Assembly (NCBI GenBank): GCA_001600695.1
Contig: BCKQ01000014.1
Location: 188,937 to 252,936, forward strand
Origin: Ascoidea asiatica JCM 7603
Taxonomy: Eukaryota > Fungi > Ascomycota
Reading direction: 5' to 3'
Length of the DNA stretch: 64,000 nt
This document shows positions 1-13,865 of the stretch, in pieces. The notes below the pieces were generated by a model. It had not been told where the DNA came from and made no database searches. It saw only the letters and a program-made list of their open reading frames with translations. The first letter of the stretch is position 1, and the number at the start of each line of letters is the position of its first letter. The position numbers and the translations under genes are program-made.

Positions 1-1952
1 AAATCCTTCCATTTTCCATCAACATTAGGCACAAATGCTTGAGCTCCTAATTTACCATCAATTCCAACGTCTTTTGCAACTTTGGCAACTTCAGACGCAA
101 ATAATGATAAAGAATCTACCATAGTATTTATTGTGTCTTTTAATTCAAGTATTTCACCACGAGCTTCAACATCAATTTTCTGGGATAAATCACCATGCGC
201 GACAGCTGTTGTGACAGTGGCAATACCTCTAACTTGACTTGTAAGATTGTCTGCCATTACATTTACATTATCAGTGAGATGCTTCCAAGCTCCTTCAACA
301 TCTTGAACATCAGCTTGGCCACCTAATATTCCTTTAGTACCAACTTCTGTTGCAAGATAAGTAACTTCATCAGCAAAAGTTCTCAATCTATCTACCATTT
401 TATTTATTGTTAATTTTAAATCTAAAATTTCACCATTACAATCAGCAGTGACTTTTTGAGATAAATCACCTTTTGCTACTGCAGTAGTTACTGTAGCAAT
501 ATTTCTAACTTGATTTGTTAGATTATTAGCCATTGCATTTACATTATCAGTTAATTCTTTCCATATACCTTCAACATTATCAACCACAGCTTGACCACCT
601 AATCTACCATCTACACCAGTTTCTTTTGCCACTCTTGTTACTTCAAAAGCAAATCTTCTTAATTGATCTACCATTTTATTTATAGTATCTTGTAATTGAG
701 AAATTTCTCCATTTGCTTGAATATTGATTTTTCTTGATAAATCACCAGTTGCAACAGCTCTTGTAACATCTGCAATTTCTTTAACTTGAATAGTTAAATC
801 CCAAGCCATACTATTAACACTATTTGTTACAGTTCTCCAAACTCCAACTGTTCCTTCATTTTTAACATTACCTGAAAAAGCACCATAACTAACTTGATCA
901 GAGATTTTAGTAATATGAGAAACAAATTGATTTAGTTGATCAACCATTGAATTTGAAAGAACTTTAATTCTTAAAATATTTGTATCAGGTTCAGTTGCTA
1001 AAATTTCAGTTTTTTTTTGTAAATCACCCATTGTAATTGCAGTTATTACAGTTGTAACTTCTTCAATTGTTGATTTGAAATTCTGATTTGATAATTTTAA
1101 TCTATGAATTTCATTTAAAGAAGCTTTATAATTTATTATTAATTGTTTCAAATCATTTTCATTATTGATTGTTATTGAATCTGGAAATTGATTTTCGTAA
1201 TTATTATATATATCATTATCATCATCGTCATTAATAATGTCATTCTTATTGATTATATCATTTTCATTGAAAATTTCATTAAAATTGAAACTTTTATCAA
1301 TATCCTTAGAAAGATAATTATTGAGATAGATATTACTTTCACTTTCATTATTGAAATCATTACTTTCTTTGATTAATGTTGACTTGTCATTAGAAATGTT
1401 AATAGGAATATTGTTATAAGTTTTGTTAGGAATATTATTAGGAATATTATTAGGAATATTATTTGGAATATCATTAGATTTATTATTAAGTTTATCAAAA
1501 CTTAAATTAATTTTAGAATTACTATAAAAATTATCAAAATTTTTTAAATTAATTTTTTTTTTTAAAATATTGTTAATTTTTTTTAGTCTAAAAATTTCTA
1601 AATTTTTATAATTATTTAAATTATCGGAATTAATTAATTTATCATTTAATAATTTATTTTTTGAAATTAAATTATTATTTTTTTTTTTAAGAAGATCCAT
1701 TTCTTTAATTAAAGAATTAGTATAATCTAATAATTCTATTCTTATAAAAGAATCATTATTTCTTTCATATAATTTGAACTGATCAGGATCTTTTAAAATT
1801 GAATTAATATCAATTCTTCTTTTATTAATTGAATTTACAATATTATTGCTATTCATATTTATATTTGCAGAAAAATCTTTAGTATAATTATCGGTTAAAG
1901 TATCAGCATCTGTTAGCTTTATTGTAAGATCATTATAAATTGTTGGATCCAT
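1..1952 (-). CDS. NIK1: Group III hybrid histidine kinase (Nik1/Os-1 type), 5' part with tandem HAMP repeats; runs off the left edge
   Basis: ATG at 1952 on the minus strand ([10 protein letters not shown]...). The frame was spot-checked and is in phase with the window edge. It contains repeated HAMP units such as [30 protein letters not shown] and [18 protein letters not shown]. Absent from the ORF track because it has no stop inside the window. Confidence 0.9.
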   Translation of the reverse strand, partial: MDPTIYNDLTIKLTDADTLTDNYTKDFSANINMNSNNIVNSINKRRIDINSILKDPDQFKLYERNNDSFIRIELLDYTNSLIKEMDLLKKKNNNLISKNKLLNDKLINSDNLNNYKNLEIFRLKKINNILKKKINLKNFDNFYSNSKINLSFDKLNNKSNDIPNNIPNNIPNNIPNKTYNNIPINISNDKSTLIKESNDFNNESESNIYLNNYLSKDIDKSFNFNEIFNENDIINKNDIINDDDDNDIYNNYENQFPDSITINNENDLKQLIINYKASLNEIHRLKLSNQNFKSTIEEVTTVITAITMGDLQKKTEILATEPDTNILRIKVLSNSMVDQLNQFVSHITKISDQVSYGAFSGNVKNEGTVGVWRTVTNSVNSMAWDLTIQVKEIADVTRAVATGDLSRKINIQANGEISQLQDTINKMVDQLRRFAFEVTRVAKETGVDGRLGGQAVVDNVEGIWKELTDNVNAMANNLTNQVRNIATVTTAVAKGDLSQKVTADCNGEILDLKLTINKMVDRLRTFADEVTYLATEVGTKGILGGQADVQDVEGAWKHLTDNVNVMADNLTSQVRGIATVTTAVAHGDLSQKIDVEARGEILELKDTINTMVDSLSLFASEVAKVAKDVGIDGKLGAQAFVPNVDGKWKD

Positions 1953-3312
1953 TTTTATTTTTAATTTTTAATTTTTTTATTTTTTGTATATAATATCTGA
2001 TATTTAATATTGGATATAATACACTTGATAAATAAATCAAAAAAATGAATTAAAGAAACTGAAAGTAATATATGATATTATATATCATTAAAATATTTAT
2101 GAGATTTGAAGAAAATGGATTTTATTCCAAATTTTAGTATTTTCTTTTATTAAAATTTCTTCTGATATTTTTCTCTATCCTTTTCTTCTTCTTTCTAGCA
2201 ATAGTTGGAATGATATAGATGAGGCTATTGAGACAGCTAATATCCAAATTAAATACAATAAACTGGTATTTGTATTGGTTTATCTGTTTAAACTAGTTTA
2301 TTTTAATTAATGTAAATTATTATAATCAAGCTAAAATCATAATTTTACGTAATATATTTTTTATATGTTAAAGATACTCATAATTTATAAAGTACCGAAG
2401 TATATTTATTCCGGAGTCTTCAATTTTGAATGAGATTTGAGATGCTTCATTTCATTCAATTTCACCCTTCAACCAATTCAAAAGCGGTTAAGAATTATGA
2501 CCCGAACACTCAGCTGGACGACACTCAGACGCTGAGATGCTGAGACGCTAAAACGTTCACCTCTGCCCGGGTCCTGCCCTCTGCTCGCAGCGCACAACCA
2601 GCGCAGATATGATACTGCGCAGCCAGCTACTAAATGTCATCTGACCATCAGGGACCCATCGAAGAGGTCAGGTGGAAAATATCCTTGTACCTGGTCAAGT
2701 AAATCCGAGGGCATGCTTTCCGAGAAAAAACTATTTCCTACTCTAGAATTGCGTGCCCCTTTTGATCTAGGGGGTTGCATACCTTTGTATCGGAATATGG
2801 TCTACATAAATAATGCATTTCAATACATAAATCTTTAGAAATACCCCTTTTGGATGAGAACGGACCTGCTTGAGAGGCGACGCGATATGCTGCATCCTAA
2901 ATATATCTATTCCCAATTTAGTTAATGTGGCTTGTGGTTTTCGGGAAACCAACAATCGTCAATTCAAATAAATCCACATACTTCTGCATATTGTTTCCTA
3001 GGTTACCGGGATTTATACAGAAATTGTGCATATACTGGATGAGAAACTCAGCCACGAAAATCACGAAAATTGGTTGTTATTGTAAAGCCATAAAATGTAA
3101 TCTCGCTACGTTTTCGACATGGATGCTAATAAATATAAAATATTGATGAAATATGAGATAATAACTGAGAGGGTTTTCAAAATTAATTAAAGATATTTTA
3201 AAAAAAGATCAAGAAATGAAAAAATACAATATGAAAATAATCAAAAATAAATAGTGAAATGAAATGTTTAACTAAAAATAACCAAAAATAACTAAAAATA
3301 ATGAAAATCAAG

Positions 3313-5328
3313 CTATGGTACTGATAATGGAAGCCCTTGTTTTTCTCTAATATATTGTTCTTCTTCTGCATCTATAACATCTTTATATGAATATAAGTCA
3401 ATATCTTCTAATGGTATTAATTCAGTTTTATAATAAAATTTATATCCAAAATACATTCCAAGATAAATTGGTATTCCAATATATCCAGTTATAAAGGTTT
3501 TATAATCAAATTCTTGTTTACCTTTACTAACTCCATAATCCAAGAAAACACTATAATCTTTAACCAAAATTAATAATACAACAATTATTATGGCAAAATA
3601 TGTTGTATATGGACTAAATTTACTTTTATATAAAGTTTCTTCATTTCTTAAAATTCCTTGGATTTTGATTGCTTTTGTAAATCTAATATGGGATATTAAA
3701 ATTGTTAACCATGTACATAATCCAAATACTGTTACAATATTATTAAAATATTGAAATACTTGCTTTGATGATGATTTAACATTCATATATGATAATAATG
3801 TAAAAATTGAACAAAAAATTAATGAATTATATGGTACTCCTCTTTTATTTGTATGAGAAAACCATTTAGGTGCTAATTCTGAAACTGATAATCCATATAA
3901 TGCTCTAATTGCAACATATAATTCTGTATTTGATGCAGAAAATATAAATATCAATATACATGAGTTAAAGATATGTGGTAAAATTGGAATACTTGCATTT
4001 TTAATTGCAACAACAAATGGGGATGATGTTGCAGATGATGAATTACTCGATATTGCTTCTTGTAATCCTTTATCATTTGCTGATAATACCATTCCCAAAA
4101 AAAATACAATTAATAAATAAATTGGAACAACAACCCAAAATATTATTTTGTTTGCTCTATAAATATTTTTTCTAATTGGTGATGCTGTTTCTGCAACTGC
4201 AATACCATATAATTCAAAACCCATTAATGAAAAAATTGATGGTTGTAATGATGCAAAAAATGCTGCTAATCTACCTTTACCTCCAGTTATTGTTTCTTCA
4301 TCTTTTGATCTATATTCAATAAAGGCTCCTGGATTTTTCCAATATCTAAATCCAATTTTATCATGATTTGGTCCACCTCCAACAACTAAAATAAAAAGTA
4401 AAATTATTAATCCAATTAAAATTAAAATTTTTAATGCTGATAAATTTCTTACAATCATTGCATATGAATTAATACCTAAATAATTTGTTAGAACATCAGC
4501 AACAATAAATATTGTTACCCAAACTGCTGGATTTATCTTTTTTCTTGGTACCCAGTATGTTATTGTTGCTGCAACTGCACTCATTTGTGATGGACTTAAA
4601 ATCAAATATTTAAAAAAATAAGAATATCCTGTTGAAAAAGCAAATGCTGGGTCAACATATCTTCCTGCATATCCAGCAAATCCATCTGGTAATGGAATAT
4701 ATGTTGCCATTTCACAAAGACATGATAAAACAATATATAATGTAGCTGATAATAAAATATATGATATAAGTAATGAACCTGGTCCACCATCATATAATCC
4801 AGTTCCAATTGTAATTGTGATCCCAGATCCAATAGCTCCTGAAAATGATAATGCTGCTAAATCATAATATTTCAACTTATGAAATAATTTATGTCCATCC
4901 GTAATTGCTAAATTTTGTTTAGATGTAACTTGATGTAATTCATATGAAACCTGTCTATATAATGTTGAAGCAGTTGATGATGTATTTATTGATGCATTCC
5001 CTGGTGAATTTCCATTAGATTTATCTATAACTGTTGAATTATTATTATTTGTACTAGCTGAATAATCATCATTGATTTCATTTATTCCTTTTGAAATTTT
5101 TGGAATTTTCATACCAAGATCCATATTATATAAAGATTCTGCATCTGAATTTGGTGTTGAAACTGATTCATTTGGTACATTTGGTGTATAATTATAAAAA
5201 GAATTGAATGAATTTTGTCTGTGCAAATTTAATGAATGAATTGATTGCTCATCTTGCTCCCCTAGATTATGAATATTTTTGCTTTTACTTTCGTTTTTAT
5301 TTTTATTATTACTGAAACTATAACCCAT
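3313..5328 (-). CDS. APC-superfamily yeast amino acid permease, Dip5-like but divergent
   Basis: 671 aa with many hydrophobic segments and YAT-family motifs: CEMATYIPLPDGFAGYAGRYVDPA, GFRYWKNPGAF, SSPFVVAIKNA, FITGYIGIP. Confidence 0.85.
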   Translation of the reverse strand: MGYSFSNNKNKNESKSKNIHNLGEQDEQSIHSLNLHRQNSFNSFYNYTPNVPNESVSTPNSDAESLYNMDLGMKIPKISKGINEINDDYSASTNNNNSTVIDKSNGNSPGNASINTSSTASTLYRQVSYELHQVTSKQNLAITDGHKLFHKLKYYDLAALSFSGAIGSGITITIGTGLYDGGPGSLLISYILLSATLYIVLSCLCEMATYIPLPDGFAGYAGRYVDPAFAFSTGYSYFFKYLILSPSQMSAVAATITYWVPRKKINPAVWVTIFIVADVLTNYLGINSYAMIVRNLSALKILILIGLIILLFILVVGGGPNHDKIGFRYWKNPGAFIEYRSKDEETITGGKGRLAAFFASLQPSIFSLMGFELYGIAVAETASPIRKNIYRANKIIFWVVVPIYLLIVFFLGMVLSANDKGLQEAISSNSSSATSSPFVVAIKNASIPILPHIFNSCILIFIFSASNTELYVAIRALYGLSVSELAPKWFSHTNKRGVPYNSLIFCSIFTLLSYMNVKSSSKQVFQYFNNIVTVFGLCTWLTILISHIRFTKAIKIQGILRNEETLYKSKFSPYTTYFAIIIVVLLILVKDYSVFLDYGVSKGKQEFDYKTFITGYIGIPIYLGMYFGYKFYYKTELIPLEDIDLYSYKDVIDAEEEQYIREKQGLPLSVP

Positions 5329-7941
5329 TGCAGAAATATAATTTTAATTATGGCAAAAAAATAATAATTAAAGATTTTAAAATAAAACACTAAATTGACT
5401 TGAAGAAAAGCAAAGGTTTCTGTTATAAAATCGCGATTTCCACTTTTATTTATAATATTAATTACTTTTAAGACAAACTAAGAAAATTTCATCTGTGAAA
5501 AATGTTATCAATGAGAAAATTTTTCATTTTATGAAAAATATTTTCTACATAATAAGTTTCCAGCCCATTTGAATAAGTTTTTTTTGTGAACGTTTATTAA
5601 TTAAGTAGTCTAATATTAAGCAGCAGTGTTCTAGATATTTTTCATCCCTTAGTTAAATTTCCCCTTTGTCTTTCTGATAAAGAAAATATAAAAAGTGCAA
5701 CCGACATAAAATTCAAACATAAACAAAAACTTTTCAAAGAGTAACTAATTACAGTAATTATAGTAGATTTATTTTCAAGTAAGTGCTGCTTTTTTGACAT
5801 TAGATAAGAATATCAATGAACAGACTATGAATTTAGTGTTAAGCTAATATTAATGAATTTGTATCATTCGATAATTTTAATTAAGTAAATCATTGAAGCA
5901 ACTTATGCTTTCAATTTTTATAGATTTTTAAATACATCTTTTGAAATGATATTGATATTTTCTAAGAAAGAAAGTGACAACATCACTACAGTGATTTAGC
6001 ACAGTTACTTTGAAAGTGTTTTTCTTTTATCAAATCCTTTACCAAAATAATATAACCCACGGGAAAAAAATCTGTTTTTTATAAAATAATAAGCAATCGT
6101 TATAATTTTTTCCAAAACTAATGAACATTAGATTGATTTTCAAAAATGTAAGACTCAAAATTTTGAACTAGTCTTAGTTAGTCTCAAAAATTATACGAAT
6201 TTTTAAAAGAATGAAATACCACACCATTTATTACACTGGTATTCAGTAATATCAATTACCCACATTTGTATAAAATTTATAATTATTCCAATATAGTACT
6301 CTGAATAGTCAAAGTTATTAATAAGTAATTTCATTTGAGTAAATGAATTAACAAAGAAGAGAATAAAAATCTATTGAAAAATGCTAATATCTCTTTCATA
6401 ATCGAGCAAAATTTTTTGAGAAAAAAGTTTTTATCACTAATATAAATTTTTTTTTAAAAATTGAGTGTATAATATATAAATTTTTCTCATACTCATTAAA
6501 ATGAAAAAAAATTCAATGTTGATTATTCTTGAAAATTGGAGGGATGGTACGTAAGGTGAAGTGAATTTCAAAATAAGTTCTAATATACCTGGATAGTCAT
6601 ATTATTGATGGAAAAGCTTACTAGTCCTGAACACAATCTTAAACATTAAAAAAAGCAAAAAAAAAATATAGGAGCTAAGAAATTCTAAGAACAGAAATTG
6701 AATTTATATTCTCTACACTTTTAGAGATTTTCAAATATATTCAATGGCATTTGAAATCTTCAATTGGCTTAAATGCTTTCTTATTAGGTTGGTGTGTTTT
6801 AAAATGTAAATGAATATACCGATTTATATCGAATTTATCTGAATGTTTTTGAGTATTTTACGAACTGTATCTATTGGATTAAGCTTTCTGGTTACTCAAA
6901 TTAAGTGCATCGCTGATCCTAACTAACGCACGATTCTTTAACTTTTCATATGTATGAATTTTCCCACATATACTAAGATTCCGAAAGTCTAACTTTTTGA
7001 CCCGCATATTTTAGTGTTTTAATACATATGTTTACCATATGGTACATATTTAGTCGTAGGAAATGAAATAAAATGAATAATGCTATCATTTCTTTAAAAT
7101 GTTTAAGATAAAAAAAATAAAGAAACAGAGTAAAATTTTTACTAGTCTCTGGGTGTTGTAGTTCTTACAGCATGATCCTTCACTCCGATTTCTGCTTTTT
7201 GTTTCCTTTCAGTAGATCTGCAATACAATTTCAATAGAAAAACTTAGTATGCGGCTACATATTATTCAGTTGATTGAAGAAAAGGATCACAAAACACAAC
7301 AAATCACTATTATGAACTATCTTCATATTTTTAACTTTCATTTTAAAAGAATTAGATTGCTCAATATTGTAGATTTTACAACCAAGAACTAATTCTTTTT
7401 TGGTTTTTCAATCTTCAAGACTGATATTTTTGAATAAATTTGTGTGAAGTAAGATTGAAACTATCGTAACTTAAGATTTTTTTAGTTAAATATGATTTTC
7501 AAATGATGATGTGGCCTGTGAAGTTAATGGGAATGTAAGTTATACTTTCATCAATTATACAATATCGGAACTGTAATTTTTGAATTCGATATACAGAAAT
7601 CTTTTCAACATTTTTAAAAATATTAATACTTCAGATTTGCATTCACCATAAATACGAATTTCATGCAATTCAAAAACAGTACAATATAGTGACCATATAG
7701 TCTTGAACAAAAAAAATAAGTATTGTATCATGAAGATAGGCAATTACTACAACAGTATTGGGTTATTTTTGAATTTAGTTTTCAACAAAATAAATCATTT
7801 TCCTTCTGACTTTACAAAATCAAATAACCTCTTACTTAAATCAAATTTGAATATATTTTTGAGAATATTTGCAAGAATAATATACAAACTACACAAGACA
7901 CGTGACATGTTCAGAAACCAATGTAGCCCGATATTTAAACG

Positions 7942-8432
7942 TAATTGTTAATCATTTTATTCTTTTATTGGAATTGTCTTCGAATATTTTAGCCTATTCT
8001 TAGACTTTCTAAGATTGCATAGATTGTTCTACGACTACATTCTATTGCGTTCTCAGAACTTCCGTGTGCATGTTAAATGTACTAGAACGTTCTGGGTCTG
8101 CATTATTTATTCTTTCTTCGAAGTTCTGTGTGCATCTCGAATGTACTGGAATTTTCGTGTTTGTTCTTAGAATAACGTACTGTCTTCTAGAACAATACTT
8201 TATTTTATTTCTTTTCTTAGATATGGGAAGTGCACTTTCACATACTAAATTTACAAATTTATTCTTAAAATGGGTTACCTGCTCCAATTTTCCACTAATA
8301 TAAATAGGGCACTTACCGCCCATATTTTTTATATAATGTTTATATATTTTATATTTTAATTAACAATTGTTTATAATTTTGAATTAGATATCTTCTTGGC
8401 AATAATTAGATACTTCGTTCAAACTACAATCA
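7942..8432 (+). repeat. 5' LTR (491 bp)
   Basis: Aligns end to end with 13866-14353, with roughly 30 differences by eye. Begins TAATTGT (probably a mutated TGATTGT) and ends ACAATCA. TATAAATA lies near 8299. Confidence 0.9.
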
Positions 8433-8922
8433 AATTTATTAATAAATTTGGAATATCAATTCTTTATTAAAGATAAGTATTATTGTAATTTTGTATTGTT
8501 TTCTATCATCCAAGCTAAGTCTGAATACGACTTTAAGTATCTTATTACCATACTAACAAAAGAGGGATTTCGTAAAGTGATTAATCGTCTGACATCTAAT
8601 TCCATCCTATATTATTTAGGACACTTGTGGCCGTTATAAAACATTGTTCTTAGCATTATGGTGCTTAGGGTTTATAAGTCAATAGTGGTGATTTAATCCA
8701 AATTGAGTTATCTAATGGTTTGAAACCGCGGTCTTCAACTCATTGCATGGTAAAATTTAAAACCAAATTCATATTGTATGGAAGTGTTAAGTCAATAAAA
8801 GAATCTTCTAATATATTTTCTTTAATATTACTTTGTATTTCAAATTATTTATACTACTAATACTTCAAGTAATATTACTATTGATTTGTTTTTTCTTAAT
8901 TGTAATACTCTATGAAATTCAA

Positions 8923-8953
<31 letters not shown>

Positions 8954-9027
8954 CATCCAAAACAAAATAATTTTTGTACACACATAGCTCAAAGTAATCA
9001 GCACTAATTTAACTGAAAAATATAATC

Positions 9028-12000
9028 ATGATTGATACTATTAAATCTTTAACCAAAAAAGTTAATGACAACATTGCCTTAAATGAAGTTACATTTGATA
9101 AAATGCATAGACAACTTACATCTGTTAGTGAATCAATCAGCAAACTAATATCTGATGTTAGTGAAACATTTAAAAATCAAGATTCAAAAACTCTTAAACA
9201 CAGTAAGCATTTTGATAATTTAAGATCTACTATTACAAATCAAACATCGGATATTGATTTCATTAAAGATATGCTTAAATCCATTACATCTTCTTTATCT
9301 AAAACTTCTACATTAATGATCCTGTTGCTCAAATTAAACAAGAAGATGCTTCTGCTTCAAACACAACTAGTACTGCAGCTAATAAAAATGTTGCTGCTCA
9401 TCCAAATGTCAATACTACTGATGATGCTGATAACACTAGATTTTTTGAAGCTGAAGACAAAATCAAAGAAGAATTTCTTAAATCACCAACTATACCAGCT
9501 TTTTGCTCCAAAAGTTCAAAAGCTTGCACAAGGTTTGCAAGCACCCAAACAAAATAACCAGAACATATTCACTGAACTGAATGAGGTAAATAACTGGAGA
9601 TATGATCTTAATCAAATTAAATCTGATGAAATAAAGATTGAGTCTGCTGCTTGGGAGAATCCGAAGGTGGAAAGTGTTTTACTTTGGCCAGGTATGGCAA
9701 TAAACAGAGATACTTCTGGTATTGGTATGGATGGTACTTCAAAACCACCAAAATTAAAACAAAATTTAATTATTGAAGGTAGACAAGATAGAAAATTAAT
9801 TCTAAAATTACAATCTATTAAAATTTACTTCAAAATGAATAGGTTAAGATATGATTTATGGGGTATAAAACGTTATAACTATATTCCAGAATCTATGAAT
9901 TTAGAATGGATTAATTTCATTAGAACCATTGCAAGAAATGGTTTAAAAAACCCTTCATGGCCTGGTGCCTGTGCTTTCATTCTCGGAGGTATAGACACAG
10001 ATCAAAATTATAGAGCTTTAATTCAACAATTCAAAGAAATTAAACCCTCTGAAAATGAAGAAGTTGTTGATCATATTACAAGATTTAGAAATTCTTATGA
10101 AGTCTTCCTTTAAATGCTGTTTCTAGTACTTTCATAAGATCAACAATTATTTCTCAAATTAAAAATGAATTTCCTCATTAAATTCAATGGGAAACAAAAT
10201 TTCCATCCAAAACAACTATTGAATTGTTCAACGAATTACTTAACTTGTTCAGTTCAAGAGATGTTTTTACAGCTGTTTCAAATGAAGTTATTATTGACAA
10301 TGATATTTATAAGTTCAATAATCTTGAATCAATTATTGATTCAAACTCAAAGGAAAACTTCAATGCAATTCGTTCCAGAACCAAAACTTGTGATTTCTGT
10401 AATCTCCCAGGACATTTCAGAAATACTTGTTTCTGGTATAGAAAATACAAAAAAATTGCTGAAACCGAAACTGCAAATAGCAAATCAAAAGGTTATTCCA
10501 ATTCTAGATACAAAAACAAATATGACAAGAAGTCTAGTTACAGAATTGCTGAAGAAGGAGTGGAGGAAGACCAATCTGAAAAGTCAGAGCAGGAACAGAC
10601 CTCAGAATCCTTTTCTGACGATGAACATTTTAGATTAATTAACACCAACAACAAAAAGTTTCCTAATAGATATTTCAATTCTTTTGTTAATGATAAAAAG
10701 ATGAAAATTCTTTTCGATACTGGTGCTGAATCCAACTATGTTTTTGAATCATCCTTAAAATGCTTGGAAATTAAAATGCTACAGCGTAAGCCTACAACAA
10801 TCTATGGCTTTACAGGGACAATGATAGTCAAGAATGATGTCATTTTACCACTATTCATTGAAAACTTTGGTTTAATTGACATTAAATGTGCTGTTTTGCC
10901 AGGAAGTTCAACAAAAGCTTTTGATATTACTATTGGAAGTAGATTTCTCTACGACCATAAATTTTGTGCAAAAGGTAGTGATAGATTTACAATTATGCTT
11001 TTTAACCAAGATAAAAAGTGTATTTTGAGTCCAGAAAATGTTGATGAATTAGAAAAATTTTATGTCTCAACATCACAGTCAAATGAGGAACAAGTGTTTG
11101 ATCTTAAGAAATACTCTTACTTAAATGATTCAACTCCAAGATTACCTCCAGAAAGACTGTTTAAACACAATATTGAAACAACTTCTGAAACACCAATTTA
11201 TATTGGAAGTTACAACTATAGTCCTTTTCAACAAAAATTCATTGATGAATTTGTTAAAGCAAATCTAGAAGCTGGATTAATTTCTGAAACTAAAATTGGT
11301 TGGAACTTTCCATTAGTTCTTGTTCCAAAAGATGATAGAACTTATAGAGTTTGCGTTGATTATAGGAAATTAAATGCTATTAGTTTTAAGCATTATTTTC
11401 CTTTGCCATCTATTGATATTTGCCTAAATAAACTCAATGGTGGTAAATGCTTCACTTGTTTGGATATGAAAAATGGCTTTTACCAAATTGCTTTAGATAA
11501 TGATAGTAAAGCTAAAACTGCTTTTTCTTCCAGTTCAGGTCATTATCAATTCAATGTCATGCCTTTTGGCTTAGTCAATGGTACTTATACCTTTCAATAA
11601 TGTATGATGAAAATTCTAGGCCACCTACCTTATGTTATGGTTTATGATGATGATATAATTATCTACAGCCATACTAATGCAGATCATATTGATCAAGTTA
11701 ATCAGGGCCTTACTCAACTTGAAAAAGAAAAACTTCAATTAAATGTGAAGAAGTCAAAATTCTTTTGCAAAGAAGTTAAATTTTTAGGACATATTGTTTC
11801 CTCAGAAGGAATCAAAACTGATCCTAGAAAGATCGAGAAAATCTTAAATTGGCCATTACCAAAATCAATTACTGATATAAGAGGTTTCATTAACTTATGC
11901 TCATCTTACCGAAAATTTATCTCAAATTTTTCTTAACAAATGATCCCACTTACAGATTTATTGGTTGGGTCTCCTAAACCAGGAACAAAAATTGAATTAA

Positions 12001-13852
12001 AACCTTCTCAAATTGAATGCTTTACATCAATGAAAAAAACATTAACTACTGCTCCTGTTTTAAAAGCATTTGATCCTGCGAGAGTTGCAATTTTAGAAAC
12101 TGATGCTTCTGACTTTGCTTTAGGTTGTGTATTGCTCCAACCCTATAAAAATGAGAACACTTGGAAGATCCAATTATATCCTGTTGCTTTTGAATCAAGA
12201 AAATTTTCAAAAACACAACAAAAGTATTCTGCTCAAGAGAGATAACTTTTAGCTGTTGTTCATTCATCGATTCATTTTCAAACATATACTGAAGGATGCA
12301 AAATTATTGTTAGAACCGATCATGAATCTCTTCAATGTATTAGAACTAAATCAGATCCTGGAAAAAGAGTTAGGAAATTCATTGAAATCATTGAACATTA
12401 TGATTGTGATATTCAATATAAACCTGGAAAACAAAATGTGGTTCCTGATTTACTATCAAGAAGGACTGATTTGGTTGATGAAAAAGCAAATGAGACATTA
12501 ATGGAAATTGATGAACTTAATGAAACTGAAACTCGGATCAAAACCATCAAATCAATTAGGGATTTGTGTGAAGTCGATCTTATTAGAATTAAAGAATTTT
12601 TTCAAAATAAAGAAATTCCTAAAAATATGAGGTCTAAATTTATCTTTGCTAACTTTATTTTCTATGATAATCAACTACATATTAGAATTAAAGATCGTTT
12701 AGCTATTGTTTTAAGTGAAGAGAAGTTTAAGGAAGTCTCTCAAAAAGTTCATCTTTCAAATGCTCACTGTTCCATTCGAAATCTAGAAAACATGGTAAAT
12801 GAAAAATACTTTCATCCTGATAGTATTCTATTATTTCAAGAAGTTATTAGAGTTTGTCCTCATTGTTAGCTTATGAAAAAGCCATCAGCTATTTCTCAGA
12901 CATTAACTCCAATTCCTTCTGCAACAGCCTTCTCAAGATGGGGGATGGATTATATTGGTCCTTTTCTAAAAACTTCATCTGGAAATAAATTTTGTATTAC
13001 TGCAATTGATTATGGTACAGATTATGCTTATGCTGTTGCACCACCAGATACTGGCTCGTTACATGTTTTAAATTTAATTCAAACTATCGTCACTAACCAT
13101 GGTCCAATGAAAGAAATAATTATGCATAATGGTTCTGGTTTTGTTGCAAATAATGTTATTGAGAAATTAGATTCCTTAGGAATCAAATGTCGCAAAACCA
13201 CTCCATATCACCCAGAGACTAATGGTAAATGTGAGAAGTTTAATGGTTTATTCAAACAAATTTTATTTCATTTAAATGTTTCCTCAGAATGGGACCTCCT
13301 TATCAATGCTACATTAATTCAATACAGGTCAAGAAAGTCAAAAAATGGGCTTTCACCTTACTTTTTAGCTTTTGGTGTATATTCAGGTTCAAGCAATAAT
13401 GTGCAACCTTATGCAAGAGAACCTACGGATGCCGAGGATCACGAAGCTGCTCAATTAAGAGTCTTAAAAATTCAAAAGCTAAATAGAAAAGAAAGGAACA
13501 TTCCAAAATTAAATGGAACATTGCAAATAGCAAAAAGAACATTTAAGAAGACAAAGCCGTCATTAAAGTTTTTGAAGTAGGTGATTATGTTTTAAGACAA
13601 AGAGTTAGAAAACACAAATTAAAACCATTTTATGATGGTCAACATATTGTGAAAAAGGTTTTTGATAATAATGTTTAGAAACTTTTTACTTTAAACGCTG
13701 CTGATACTAAAAATAAAGTAAACGGTAGTAAATTCTTTCCTGCTTGTACTGAAGATAAGCATCCAATTAAAAAGTTTTTCCATTATTCTCAAACATTACT
13801 AAATGGTGATAGATCGAGATTAACTGAAATTTCAAGGGCCTTCAATTTGTAA
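9028..13852 (+). pseudogene. gag-pol polyprotein pseudogene of the gypsy element
   Basis: Zinc knuckle CDFCNLPGHFRNTC, protease LFDTGA, RT RVCVDYRKLN...YDDD, RNase H ETDASDFALG, integrase H...H...CPHC / WGMDYIGP / PYHPETNGKCE, and a GPY/F-like tail. In-frame stops end at 11600, 11936, 12245 and 12869, and there are frameshifts. The second integrase catalytic Asp appears as His (IIMHNG). Confidence 0.92.
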
Positions 13853-13865
13853 ACGTAGGGCTATT

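Noticed and set aside
2500-2780. GC-rich patch with small hairpins and an 8-bp triple repeat as an ncRNA
   Set aside because: Its position upstream of NIK1 fits the promoter islands seen before other genes, and I recognise no RNA family motif.
7934-7946. Alternative LTR starts at TTTAAACGTA (7934) or TGTTAA (7946)
   Set aside because: The TGATTGT...ACAATCA termini give matching LTR lengths, a terminal inverted repeat and a near-matching 4-bp TSD; the alternatives give no TSD.
8042-8639. Short ORFs in the LTR and leader
   Set aside because: They lie in LTR or untranslated leader sequence, and the LTR ORFs are not preserved in the 3' LTR copy.
11598-12869. In-frame pol stops as programmed readthrough or a variant genetic code
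   Set aside because: The stops replace different residues, co-occur with frameshifts and catalytic substitutions, and host genes use TAA, TAG and TGA as normal stops.
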